Of a stretch of 64,000 nt of DNA, positions 8,954 to 18,295 are shown one piece after another. Where the stretch lies: the NCBI GenBank assembly GCA_964471115.1, contig CAYYFE010000006.1, positions 16,370-80,369 on the forward strand, written 5' to 3'. The DNA comes from an uncultured Solibacteraceae bacterium. Its GTDB lineage: Bacteria > Acidobacteriota > Vicinamibacteria > Vicinamibacterales > SCN-69-37. Under the pieces are notes generated by a model that saw only the letters and a program-made list of their open reading frames with translations, made no database searches and had not been told where the DNA came from. Each line of letters opens with the position of its first letter. Within the stretch, counting starts at the first letter, position 1. The position numbers and the translations under genes are program-made.

Positions 8954-11900
8954 GTGCTTCGACGTCCGTTCGTCATCGCGGCCCTCGGCGCCGCTCTGGC
9001 CGCCGCGGCGGGCGGTCTGACGTGGGAACGCGCGCGCTTCGGCGCGGGTCCCGCCGACGCCGGGCCGCGCCTTGAGGCGGAAGTGCGGCATCGGCTGATC
9101 GACAGCGCCGCCCGCCTGCGCGCCGTCGCCGAACGCGTCGCGCGCGATCACGCGCTGATTGCCGCGGCCACCACGGCGCCCGATCGCCGCGCCGAACTGT
9201 TCGCCGCGCTCGACGCGGCCCGCCTGCCCACCTCCCCGCTGCACGCCGTCACGTTGTACGTGCCGGATGGGTCCGGTGGCTTCCGTCTGCTGGCCTGGAG
9301 CGATGGCCCGGCGGAAGACCTCGACGCCCAGGCCGCGCTGGTGGCCGCCAGCGGCGCGCCCGCCATCGTGGTGTCGCCCGGCGCGCTGGGTCTGCGCCTG
9401 CTCGCCATCCATCCGGTGACCGACGGCAGCCGATCCATCGGCCTGGTCACGGCCGAACGGATCATCGCGCCCGGCGATCGCCTGGCCGGCACGACCGATT
9501 ACCCGCTGGTCACTGCACTGGGCGAAGTGCGCCTGTCGCCGGCCGCCGCGCCACCCACCACCGCGTACGCCATCGTCGTGAACGACGATCGCGGCCGGCC
9601 GCTCGTCCACGTCAGCTGGGATCCCGCCACGGTGGCGCAGGCGCGGACCGTCTTTCGTGGCCGGACGTGGGCCGCGGCGCTCGCGCCGCTGCTGGCGCTG
9701 GCCGTGTGGGCCGCCAGCACGTGGGTCCTGGCACGGCGGCGGCGCGCGAACGGCCCGGCGTTTGCGTTCTGGAGCGCCGGCCTGGCGCTGCTGCTGCTCG
9801 GCGCCGGGCTGGCCACACGCGCGCTGACCCAGTGGGCCTCGCTGTCGCTGGTCACGGGCCAACTGGCGGTCGCGGCGGCCGCACTCGGCGCGGCCGTGGC
9901 CTGGCCCGTCTCGTGCTGGTGGCGCGGCGTCCGCCGGCGGGCTGTCGCGCGCACGGACTGGCGGCTGCCGCTCGCGTTGATCGGCGCCGGCGCGTGGGTG
10001 GCGGTCCTGCTGGCCGGGCTCGCGTTCCTGATCGACACGCGGCTGGCGGTCGACCGGCTCGACCGCCTCGCCTCGCCGTTGTTTCCGTTCGACGCCGGAG
10101 TGTTGTGGATTCATCTGACGCGGCTCATCCTCGCGCTGGCGGCGATCTGGAGCGGGGTCACCGTTCTGGCGCTCGTTGTGGAGCGCTGGCGTGTGCAGTG
10201 GCGCGGCCGCTGGGGCGTCGCGGTGATCGCGCTGGGCAGCCTGCCTGCGGCCGCCCTGAGCGCGGCGCGCCCCTGGTGGCCGTCGGCCGAGGCGATGGCC
10301 CCGATCGTCGTGGCGGCGGCGTTGCTGCTGTCGGTCGCGGCGCTGGCCGCCGCGCCCCTGCGGCGCCGCTATCGGCACTCGACACAGTCCACGCGCCTGC
10401 TCTGGCTGTGCGGCGCCACCGTCCTGCCGGCGCTCATCATCGATCCCATCGTCTCGGTGTCGGCGCAACGCGCCACCGACACCGCGATCGAGACGGTGCA
10501 CGCGCCCGCCACGGTGGATCACCCGGCGCATCTGCTGGAGGTGCTGCGGCAGGCCACCGCGGAGATCGACGGACTCGGCGATCTCTCCGCGCTGGTCGAT
10601 CGCGCTCCCGGCGCCGCCGCGGTCACCACCGACGCGGCCTTCCGCGTATGGAGCCGCACAGGGCTGTCGCGTGAGCGGCTGACGTCCGCCGTGGACCTCT
10701 ACGGCCCCGACCGGACGCTCACGAGCCGCTTTGCGCTGAACGTCCCCGAGTACGGCTTCGATCAATCGATGATGGACCTGCGCTGCGACTGGGACATCTA
10801 CGGGGAGGTGGACCGATCCGAAGAACTCCGGATGCTGCACGCCGAACGTGGCGTCTGCGACGCCGCGGGCCGCGTGCGCGGCGCCATCGTGCTGCACGTG
10901 ATCTTCGACTACCGCGCGCTGCCGTACCTGGCGGCGCGATCGCCGTTCGACGTGCACCGGCGGCCCGAGGGCGCCGGGGCGCTGGCCGACCGGCTGCAGG
11001 TGGTGGTGTACGGCTGGAGCCGGCTGCCGCTCTTTGCGTCGGGCCCGGCCGCCTGGCCGCTCGATGATGCGCTGCTGGCGCGCCTCGAGCGCTCGCGCGA
11101 CCCGTTCTGGATCACGCGGACGACCGACGCCGGCCGCGCCCGCGTCTACTTCCGCAACGACCGCGCGGGCATCTACGCCCTCGGCTACACCGAACCCTCC
11201 GCGTTCGAACATCTGTCGCGCCTGGCCGAAACCACGGCGCTCGCGTTACTCGTCTTCGTCGTGCTCATCGCCGGCGCCAGCGCGGCCGCCGCGATCAGCC
11301 CGCCGGCGCGCGCGCCCTTCCGGGCGGTCGTCGACGAAGTGCGCACCAGCTTTTATCGCAAGCTGTTCCTGCTGTTCGTGCTGACGGCCCTGCTGCCGGT
11401 GGCCGTCCTCGCGCTGGCGTTCAGCGCCTACATGGGCGAGCAGCTGCGGTCGGACGTCGAAACCGAGGCGATCAGCGCGGCCACGATCGCGCGGCGTGTG
11501 CTCGAGGACACGATCGCCCTGCAGCAGGGGCCGCTGACCGACGACCTGATGGTGTGGATCGGCCGCATCATCAACCAGGACGTCAACGTCTACGACGGCC
11601 CTCGGCTGCGCGCCACGAGCCAGCGCGACCTGTTTGATTCGGGCGTGTTGCCCGAGCGCACACCGGCGCGCGCGTATCGGGCGGTCGCGCTCGACCGCGT
11701 GCCGACCTTCGTCGAAGAGTCGCAGGCCGGCCTGTTCACGTCCCTCGTGGCCGCCGCGCCCGTCCCGCGCCTGGGGCGGGAGGCCGTGTTGCTCGTCCCG
11801 CTCGCGCCGCGGCAGCGCGCCATCGAACGCGAGATCTCCGACCTCAATCGCGGCATCCTGCTGGGCGCCATCCTGATCGTGCTGCTGTCGGCCGGCCTCG

Positions 11901-12760
11901 GCGCCTGGGTGGCCCAACGCGTGGCCGACCCCGTGGCGCGCCTGACACGCGCCACCCGTCAGATCGCCTCCGGCCGGCTCGACGTCCGCATCGCCGCCGA
12001 CACGGCCGACGAACTGCAGCGGCTGGTCACCGACTTCAACTCGATGGCGGCCACGCTGCGCGAGCAACGCGCCGAACTGGTCCGCACGCACGAACTCAAG
12101 GCGTGGGCCGAGATGTCACGGCAGGTCGCCCACGACGTGAAGAACCCGCTGACGCCGATTCAACTGGCGGCCGAACACCTGCAACGCGTGCACGACGATC
12201 GGCAGCGGCCCCTCGGCCCCGTGTTCGATCAGTGCATCGCGACGATCCTGCAGCAGGTGCGCCTGCTGCGGCAGATCGCCTCCGAGTTCTCCAATTTCGC
12301 CGCAGCCCCCACCCCGACGCTGGTCGACGTCCGGCTGCATGAACTGCTGACCGATGTGATCGCGCCGTATCTGCCCGGCCTGGCCTCACACACGCGGGTG
12401 ACAAACGCCGTGCCCGCGGATCTGCCGCCCGCCTATGCCGACCGCACCCTGCTGGCGCGCGCGCTGACCAACCTCGTGGAAAACGCCCTGCAGGCCATGC
12501 CGCAGGGCGGCGACCTGCGCTGCGCCGGTTGGGCCGACGACACCCATGTCGTCGTGACGCTGACCGATACGGGCATCGGCATGAACGCCGACGCGCTGGC
12601 GCGCGCCTTCGAGCCGCATTTCTCCACCAAGACCGGCGGTTCCGGCCTGGGACTGGCCAACGCCCGGCGCAACATCGAGGCGTGCGGCGGCATCATCACC
12701 GCCGACAGCGCGCCGCAGCAGGGCACGACGATGACGGTGCGGTTACGCCGGCGTCCGTGA
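8954..12760 (+). CDS. NtrY-like sensor histidine kinase with a very large multi-TM N-terminal sensor region
   Basis: HAMP (VADPVARLTRATRQIASGRLDVRI..DELQRLVTDFNSMA); H-box SRQVAHDVKNPLTPIQLAAEHL (NtrY-type); N/G boxes LVENALQAM, DTGIGM, GGSGLGL. More than 10 hydrophobic segments lie upstream. Confidence 0.8.
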   Translation: MLRRPFVIAALGAALAAAAGGLTWERARFGAGPADAGPRLEAEVRHRLIDSAARLRAVAERVARDHALIAAATTAPDRRAELFAALDAARLPTSPLHAVTLYVPDGSGGFRLLAWSDGPAEDLDAQAALVAASGAPAIVVSPGALGLRLLAIHPVTDGSRSIGLVTAERIIAPGDRLAGTTDYPLVTALGEVRLSPAAAPPTTAYAIVVNDDRGRPLVHVSWDPATVAQARTVFRGRTWAAALAPLLALAVWAASTWVLARRRRANGPAFAFWSAGLALLLLGAGLATRALTQWASLSLVTGQLAVAAAALGAAVAWPVSCWWRGVRRRAVARTDWRLPLALIGAGAWVAVLLAGLAFLIDTRLAVDRLDRLASPLFPFDAGVLWIHLTRLILALAAIWSGVTVLALVVERWRVQWRGRWGVAVIALGSLPAAALSAARPWWPSAEAMAPIVVAAALLLSVAALAAAPLRRRYRHSTQSTRLLWLCGATVLPALIIDPIVSVSAQRATDTAIETVHAPATVDHPAHLLEVLRQATAEIDGLGDLSALVDRAPGAAAVTTDAAFRVWSRTGLSRERLTSAVDLYGPDRTLTSRFALNVPEYGFDQSMMDLRCDWDIYGEVDRSEELRMLHAERGVCDAAGRVRGAIVLHVIFDYRALPYLAARSPFDVHRRPEGAGALADRLQVVVYGWSRLPLFASGPAAWPLDDALLARLERSRDPFWITRTTDAGRARVYFRNDRAGIYALGYTEPSAFEHLSRLAETTALALLVFVVLIAGASAAAAISPPARAPFRAVVDEVRTSFYRKLFLLFVLTALLPVAVLALAFSAYMGEQLRSDVETEAISAATIARRVLEDTIALQQGPLTDDLMVWIGRIINQDVNVYDGPRLRATSQRDLFDSGVLPERTPARAYRAVALDRVPTFVEESQAGLFTSLVAAAPVPRLGREAVLLVPLAPRQRAIEREISDLNRGILLGAILIVLLSAGLGAWVAQRVADPVARLTRATRQIASGRLDVRIAADTADELQRLVTDFNSMAATLREQRAELVRTHELKAWAEMSRQVAHDVKNPLTPIQLAAEHLQRVHDDRQRPLGPVFDQCIATILQQVRLLRQIASEFSNFAAAPTPTLVDVRLHELLTDVIAPYLPGLASHTRVTNAVPADLPPAYADRTLLARALTNLVENALQAMPQGGDLRCAGWADDTHVVVTLTDTGIGMNADALARAFEPHFSTKTGGSGLGLANARRNIEACGGIITADSAPQQGTTMTVRLRRRP

Positions 12761-13477
12761 GCCGCGCAGCCGCGTGACCGCCAGCTCAACGAAGCCCGAG
12801 ACGACGTAGGCGTACGCCATCACGACCAGCGCGATGCGGGGTTCGGTGGCGATGATGACGATCAACGCCGCAAAGGCGAAGAGTTTGCCGTACGACCGGT
12901 CCCAGCCGAAGTTGATCGTCTTGAAGCTGCGGAACTTCACCGTGCTGACCATCAGGACGGCCGGGATGACCACGACGGCAATGGCGGCCATGGCCTGCGC
13001 GGTGCCGATGAGCGGATAGGGATACAGAAACACCGTCGCCGCCGGCACGCCGGCCGCCGCGGGACTGGGCAGGCCGATGAAATACCGTTTGTCGGACTGG
13101 CCGGTGGTCTGAATGTTGAAGCGCGCCAGACGCATGGCCGCGGCCGTGACGTAGAGGAACCCGGCGGCCCACCCCCAGCGGCCCAGCTCCGACAGGCCCC
13201 ACGCAAACGCCAGCACGGCCGGCGCGACGCCGAACGACACGACGTCGGCCAGGGAATCCAGCTCGACGCCGAACGCGCTGGTGGTCCCCGTCAGCCGGGC
13301 GATCCGGCCGTCGAGTCCGTCGAGCAGGAAGGCGATGCCGATGAAGGGCGCGGCCGTCGCCAGATCGCCGCGCATCGCGTACATCACGCAGGCATACCCG
13401 CAGAACAGGTTGCCCACCGTGAACAGGCTCGGCAGCAGATACATGCCGCGACGCGTCCGCTTGTCGAGCGACATCAT
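12743..13477 (-). CDS. pssA: CDP-diacylglycerol--serine O-phosphatidyltransferase
   Basis: CDP-alcohol phosphatidyltransferase motif DGLDGRIARLTGTTSAFGVELDSLADVV. Start trimmed to ATG 13477 (MMSLDKRTRRGMYLLPSLFT). Confidence 0.88.
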   Translation of the reverse strand: MMSLDKRTRRGMYLLPSLFTVGNLFCGYACVMYAMRGDLATAAPFIGIAFLLDGLDGRIARLTGTTSAFGVELDSLADVVSFGVAPAVLAFAWGLSELGRWGWAAGFLYVTAAAMRLARFNIQTTGQSDKRYFIGLPSPAAAGVPAATVFLYPYPLIGTAQAMAAIAVVVIPAVLMVSTVKFRSFKTINFGWDRSYGKLFAFAALIVIIATEPRIALVVMAYAYVVSGFVELAVTRLRGSRTPA

Positions 13478-13496
13478 CGGCTTATTGTCCCACGCC

Positions 13497-14141
13497 TCAG
13501 ACCAGGAGCCGGGCCAGAACCGTTTCGCCCGCCCGCGCGCGATCGCCGGCCTTGACGGTGAGCGACGCCGTGGCCGGCACGAACACATCCATGCGCGATC
13601 CGAACTTCATCAAGCCCAGATGGTCGCCCGCGCGCACCTGCTGCCCTTCCTGCAGCCGGCACACGACGCGCCGGGCCAGAATGCCCACGACCTGCCGGGC
13701 CACGATCGTCGTGCCGCCATGGTCGAACCAGATCTCGGAACGCTCGTTCTGCGCCGATTCGGGTTTGTAGGCGGGCAGGAACGTGCCCGGCTGATACCGC
13801 ACGCGCGTCACGCGCCCGGAGACCGGCGTGCGATTGATGTGGACGTCGAGCACCGACAGGAAGATGGTGATCTGCTGCCAGGACGGGGCCGGCACCGTGT
13901 CCCCGACAGGCACATCGTCGGGCCGCGCGGGGCCGGCGTACATCACCTTGCCGTCGGCCGGCGACAAGACCAGTGTCGGATCCTGCGACGCCGTGCGGTC
14001 GGGATCGCGGAAGAACAAGGCGATGGCCACCGGCAGCGCCAGAGCCAAAGCCGCCGCCAGCCACCAGCCGGCCAACGCGAGGCCGGCCGACGGCAGGCCG
14101 GCGATCAGAACGAAGGGCGCGGCAGCGCGATCAATTCGCAT
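13497..14141 (-). CDS. psd: phosphatidylserine decarboxylase proenzyme (short Asd/Psd type)
   Basis: GDHLGLMKFGSRMDVF self-cleavage region and an N-terminal TM helix. Lies directly upstream of pssA. The track start at 14144 is TTG, with ATG at 14141. Confidence 0.85.
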   Translation of the reverse strand: MRIDRAAAPFVLIAGLPSAGLALAGWWLAAALALALPVAIALFFRDPDRTASQDPTLVLSPADGKVMYAGPARPDDVPVGDTVPAPSWQQITIFLSVLDVHINRTPVSGRVTRVRYQPGTFLPAYKPESAQNERSEIWFDHGGTTIVARQVVGILARRVVCRLQEGQQVRAGDHLGLMKFGSRMDVFVPATASLTVKAGDRARAGETVLARLLV

Positions 14142-14232
14142 CAAGGCAGATCAAGCCCGTCACGGCGCGTGCCCCGGCCCAGTCCGGGGACACGCCTCGC
14201 GGCGGGTCCCGACCATACTACTCGCGCGGCGG

Positions 14233-14439
14233 TCAGGGGTGGGCGGCGGCGCGGTCGGGCGTGCGCAACGCGGCCATCTGATCCTTCAGGGCAAGTTTTC
14301 GTTTCTTGAGGGCCACTTCGCGCGCGCGTTGGGCGCTGGTGAGGAGGGGGTATCGAGCGAGGTCCTGCAGTTGCGAGTCGAGCGTCTGGTGCTGGCGGGC
14401 GAGTTGCTCGTAGAGCGGCATGTCCGGAGCGTCAGCCAT
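14233..14439 (-). CDS. DUF465 (YdcH-like) small protein
   Basis: LYEQLARQHQTLDSQLQDL....ALKKRKLALKDQMAAL matches the DUF465 pattern (H..LD..I..L ... LKK.KL.LKD). AAGGAGG SD lies 5 nt before ATG 14439. Confidence 0.7.
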   Translation of the reverse strand: MADAPDMPLYEQLARQHQTLDSQLQDLARYPLLTSAQRAREVALKKRKLALKDQMAALRTPDRAAAHP

Positions 14440-14469
14440 CACGGCCTCCTTTCCGATATGCAGCGCACC

Positions 14470-14946
14470 TTACCACTCCCCTGCCGGGTCGGCAAGCGCA
14501 TAACGCCACAGGACCAGGCCGTCCTCGGCCGGGTGCTCGTAATAGTTGCGACGGACGCCCGCCTGCTCGAACCCGAGGCCCTCGTACAACCGCAGCGCCG
14601 CGACGTTGGACCGCCGCACTTCCAGTGTGGCCGCGGTCGCGCCCTCGGCAATCGCCTCACGAAACACGGCCTGCAGCAAACGCCGGGCATGCCCCTGACG
14701 ACGCCAGGCCGGGGCGATGGCGAGACTGTTGATGTGCAGTTCCCGCGCCACGATCCAGCAGGCGCAGAAGCCCACGAGCTCGCCCGTGCCGGTCTCGAGT
14801 CGGTACAACCGGCCCGCGCCCGATGTCAGTTCCTTGCGCAACGCCGCCACACCCCAGCCGCGATGGAAGGACGCCTCCTGCAGCGCCGCCACATCGTCAA
14901 GGGGATCACCGACGGCGGCGCGCCTGACGACCAGGCGATCGGTCAT
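14470..14946 (-). CDS. rimI: ribosomal-protein-alanine N-acetyltransferase (GNAT)
   Basis: LHINSLAIAPAWRRQGHARRLL, TLEVRRSNVAALRLYEGLGF. ATGA overlap with tsaB, the conserved tsaB-rimI pairing. Confidence 0.85.
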   Translation of the reverse strand: MTDRLVVRRAAVGDPLDDVAALQEASFHRGWGVAALRKELTSGAGRLYRLETGTGELVGFCACWIVARELHINSLAIAPAWRRQGHARRLLQAVFREAIAEGATAATLEVRRSNVAALRLYEGLGFEQAGVRRNYYEHPAEDGLVLWRYALADPAGEW

Positions 14947-15626
14947 GACCGGCGGGCCCGCGCCAGTTCGACGTCGGGGGGCCGGACGTAGGCCGCCGAC
15001 AATCCGTCCGGCGACACCTGCGGCCAGTCCTCGCGCACGGCCAGACGCGCAGCTGACGCGGCCAGCGGTTCGGCGGCGTCGAGCACCTCGGCGCCGCAGG
15101 CCCGCCAGTGGTCCGCATACCGCACGGCGCCGTTGCCGACAACGACCACGGGGGCGTCCGCGTCCAGCAGCCGCTCACCCGCCGGCGCATGGACGGCCGG
15201 GTCCTGGAGTGGCGTGAAGGCCTCGCCGTCCCAGCGATGAATGGCGGTGAAGACCTCACCGCGCATCCCGTCCAGGCACGAGACGACGATGGCCGGCGTC
15301 GCGGCGGCGTGATGGGCGCGCCACCCTTCGGCGAGCGCGTCGAGCGTGGCGACCGGCGACACACGCCAGCCGCGTGTGACGGCCAGCCCCTGCGCGCACG
15401 CCATGCCGATGCGCACACCGGTGAACGAGCCCGGTCCGACCACCACCGCCAGACGATCGACGTCGGCCAGCGTCAGACCGTGCCGGTCGAGCCACTCGAC
15501 GAGCGCCGCCGGCAGCCGCACCGCATGCGGCTGCGCGCGGTCGCCGTCGGCGGCCGTGAGTACACCCTCGCGCCAGAGCGCCACGCTGCCGGCCGGTGTC
15601 ACCGTCTCGAACGCGAGAACGACCAT
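14943..15626 (-). CDS. tsaB: tRNA t6A37 biosynthesis protein TsaB
   Basis: MVVLAFETVTPAGSVAL...VVVGPGSFTGVRIGMACAQGLA. Confidence 0.88.
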   Translation of the reverse strand: MVVLAFETVTPAGSVALWREGVLTAADGDRAQPHAVRLPAALVEWLDRHGLTLADVDRLAVVVGPGSFTGVRIGMACAQGLAVTRGWRVSPVATLDALAEGWRAHHAAATPAIVVSCLDGMRGEVFTAIHRWDGEAFTPLQDPAVHAPAGERLLDADAPVVVVGNGAVRYADHWRACGAEVLDAAEPLAASAARLAVREDWPQVSPDGLSAAYVRPPDVELARARRS

Positions 15627-15664
15627 GCGTGAATGTTATACTCGCGCCAGTCAGTCTCGATCCC

Positions 15665-18295
15665 GTGACAACCGTACCCGCCCTCCCGGCCGCCACTCCG
15701 GCCATGCGCCAGTATCTCGACGCGAAGCGGCAGCACCGCGACGCCATCCTGCTGTTCCGCATGGGCGACTTCTACGAGATGTTCTTCGAGGACGCGATCG
15801 TCGCCTCGCGTGTGCTCGAGTTGACGTTGACGTCGCGCGCCAAGGACGCCAGCGGCACCGCGATTCCGATGTGCGGCATGCCGTTCCACGCGGTGGATGG
15901 CTACATCGCCCGCCTGGTCAGGCAGGGCTACCGCGTGGCCATCTGTGATCAGGTCGAAGATCCCAAGAAGGCCAAGGGCGTCGTCAAACGCGAAGTCACA
16001 CGCGTGATTTCACCGGGGACGTTCACCGACGCGGCGTATCTGGACGCGCGCGAACCGGCGTTTCTGGCGGCCATCACCGCCCTGCCCGGCCCGCGGGTGG
16101 GCCTGGCGGTCATCGATGTCTCGACCGGAGAGTTTTCCGCGGCCGAATGGGAAGGTGCTTCGGCGGCATCGGCGGTGGCCGCTGAGGTCAGCGTGCTGCG
16201 CCCCAGAGAGCTGCTGATCGCCGACGACGTCGCTGACGTCAGCGCCTGGGTGCCACCACTGGTCTCACCGCGGGTGACCCGGCTCGAGGGCTGGCACTTC
16301 GATCCCGCGCGAGCGCGCGAGGTGTTGCTCGATCAAGTGCGCGCGGCCTCGCTGGCCGCGCACGGGCTCGACGATGCGCCGGCGGCGACGGCGGCGGCAG
16401 GCGCGATCGTCGGCTACCTGCGCGAAACGCAGAAGGTCGACCTGGCGCACGTCCGCGACATCTCGCGCCGCGTCACGACGGACGGCCTGCTGATTGACCC
16501 GGTCACGCTGCGGCATCTGAACGTGATCGAAGGCGTGGATGGCGGCCGCGCGGGGTCGTTGCTCGATGAAATCGATCGCACCGCCACCTCGATGGGCGGC
16601 CGGTTGCTGCGCGCCTGGCTCATCCGCCCGCTCGTGGCACTGGCGCGCATTCAGGATCGGCTCGATGCGGTGGAAGACTTTGCGTTCCGGTCGACCGAAC
16701 GCGCGAAGCTGCGGGACCTGCTCAAGGGGATGCACGACCTCGAGCGGCTGGTGGCGCGGGTGTCGCTGGGCACGGCCGGTCCGCGCGACCTGGTGGCGCT
16801 GCGGCAGTCGCTGACGCTGCTGCCCCGCCTGCGCGCCATCCTCACGCCCATCCAGGCGCCGCTGGTGCTGAGCCTGCTCGCCGAGCTGGATGACCTGGTG
16901 GACGTGCGCGATGCGATTGAACGGACGCTGGTCGACGAACCGCCCGCGCTGGCCCGGGACGGCGGGGTGATTCGCGACGGCGTGGACGCGGAGATCGACG
17001 AGCTGCGCGCCATCAGCCGGGGCGGCAAGACGGCCATCGCCGCCATGGAAGAGGCGGAACGGGCGCGCACCGGGATCGCGTCGCTCAAGATTCGCTACAA
17101 CCGCGTCTTCGGGTATTACATCGAGGTCACCAAGGCGAACCTCGCGAACATCCCGGCCGACTACATCCGGAAGCAGACCATCGCCGGCGGTGAACGGTAC
17201 ATCACGTCGGCGCTGAAGGAGTACGAAGACAAGGTGCTGCACGCCGACGAGCGGCTCGTCGTGCGGGAGCTGGAGTTGTTCGAAGCCCTGCGGGCCCGGG
17301 TCGCCGGCGAGGCGCCACGGGTCCTCGACACCGCCCGCTCGGTGGCCGCGCTCGACGTGCTGGCCGCGCTGGCCGATACGGCGGCCGCCGGCAACTACAC
17401 GAAGCCGCACCTGCACGACGGCGACGAGTTCAGCGCCGTCGACGCCCGCCATCCCGTGGTGGAGCGCCACGTGGCGTCGGCGTTTGTGCCCAATGACGTC
17501 TCGCTTAACGGCAGCTCGCGGCAGCTGGTCATCCTCACCGGCCCCAACATGGGCGGCAAGTCGACGTTCCTGCGGCAGACGGCGCTGCTGGCCGTGCTTG
17601 CGCAGGCCGGGGCGTTCGTCCCCGCGCGACGCGCGAAGCTGTCGATCGTCGATCGCATCTTCGCGCGCGTGGGCGCGTCCGACAACATCGCGCGCGGCCA
17701 GTCGACGTTCATGGTGGAAATGCAGGAGACGGCGGCCATCCTGCACGCCGCCACCTCGCGCAGCCTCGTCATCCTCGATGAAATCGGGCGCGGCACCGCG
17801 ACGTTTGATGGCCTCAGCCTGGCGTGGGCCGTCGCCGAACACCTGGCCACGAGCGACCGCGCGCGGCCCAAGACGATCTTCGCCACGCACTACCACGAAC
17901 TCACCGACCTGGCCGACGCGATCCCCGGCGTGGTGAACTTCCACGTCGCCGCCCGCGAGTTCAAGGACGACATCGTGTTCCTGCACAAGGTCGTCGACGG
18001 ACGCTCGGACCGGTCGTATGGCATTCAGGTGGCGCGCCTCGCCGGCCTGCCGCCGGCCGTGGTGGCGCGCGCCACGACGATCCTGCGATCGCTGGAACAG
18101 GATGAACTACAGCGTGGGGGTCGACCCGCACTGTCGGGGGCGCCGCCCCCCGCGCAGGCGCAACTCGGCCTCTTCCAGGCCCCGCCCGAAACACATCCCG
18201 TCGTGGAACGGCTGCGCCAACTCAACCTCGACCGGCTCACCCCGCTCGAGGCGCTGAACCTGCTGGCCGAGCTTGCCAAGGAGGCCGGTGAATGA
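15665..18295 (+). CDS. mutS: DNA mismatch repair protein MutS
   Basis: TPAMRQYLDAKRQHRDAILLFRMGDFYEMFFEDA; Walker A GPNMGGKST; STFMVEMQE; DEIGRGT. Start uncertain: GTG 15665 gives the usual ~13 aa before PAMRQYL, whereas track start 15596 lies inside tsaB. Extended -10 TGTTATACT at 15634-15642. Confidence 0.9.
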   Translation: MTTVPALPAATPAMRQYLDAKRQHRDAILLFRMGDFYEMFFEDAIVASRVLELTLTSRAKDASGTAIPMCGMPFHAVDGYIARLVRQGYRVAICDQVEDPKKAKGVVKREVTRVISPGTFTDAAYLDAREPAFLAAITALPGPRVGLAVIDVSTGEFSAAEWEGASAASAVAAEVSVLRPRELLIADDVADVSAWVPPLVSPRVTRLEGWHFDPARAREVLLDQVRAASLAAHGLDDAPAATAAAGAIVGYLRETQKVDLAHVRDISRRVTTDGLLIDPVTLRHLNVIEGVDGGRAGSLLDEIDRTATSMGGRLLRAWLIRPLVALARIQDRLDAVEDFAFRSTERAKLRDLLKGMHDLERLVARVSLGTAGPRDLVALRQSLTLLPRLRAILTPIQAPLVLSLLAELDDLVDVRDAIERTLVDEPPALARDGGVIRDGVDAEIDELRAISRGGKTAIAAMEEAERARTGIASLKIRYNRVFGYYIEVTKANLANIPADYIRKQTIAGGERYITSALKEYEDKVLHADERLVVRELELFEALRARVAGEAPRVLDTARSVAALDVLAALADTAAAGNYTKPHLHDGDEFSAVDARHPVVERHVASAFVPNDVSLNGSSRQLVILTGPNMGGKSTFLRQTALLAVLAQAGAFVPARRAKLSIVDRIFARVGASDNIARGQSTFMVEMQETAAILHAATSRSLVILDEIGRGTATFDGLSLAWAVAEHLATSDRARPKTIFATHYHELTDLADAIPGVVNFHVAAREFKDDIVFLHKVVDGRSDRSYGIQVARLAGLPPAVVARATTILRSLEQDELQRGGRPALSGAPPPAQAQLGLFQAPPETHPVVERLRQLNLDRLTPLEALNLLAELAKEAGE

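Noticed and set aside
8891-11212. 773-aa minus-strand ORF.
   Set aside because: It is antisense to the NtrY-like kinase gene, has a low-complexity Arg/Gly/Asp/Gln composition, and no family signature.
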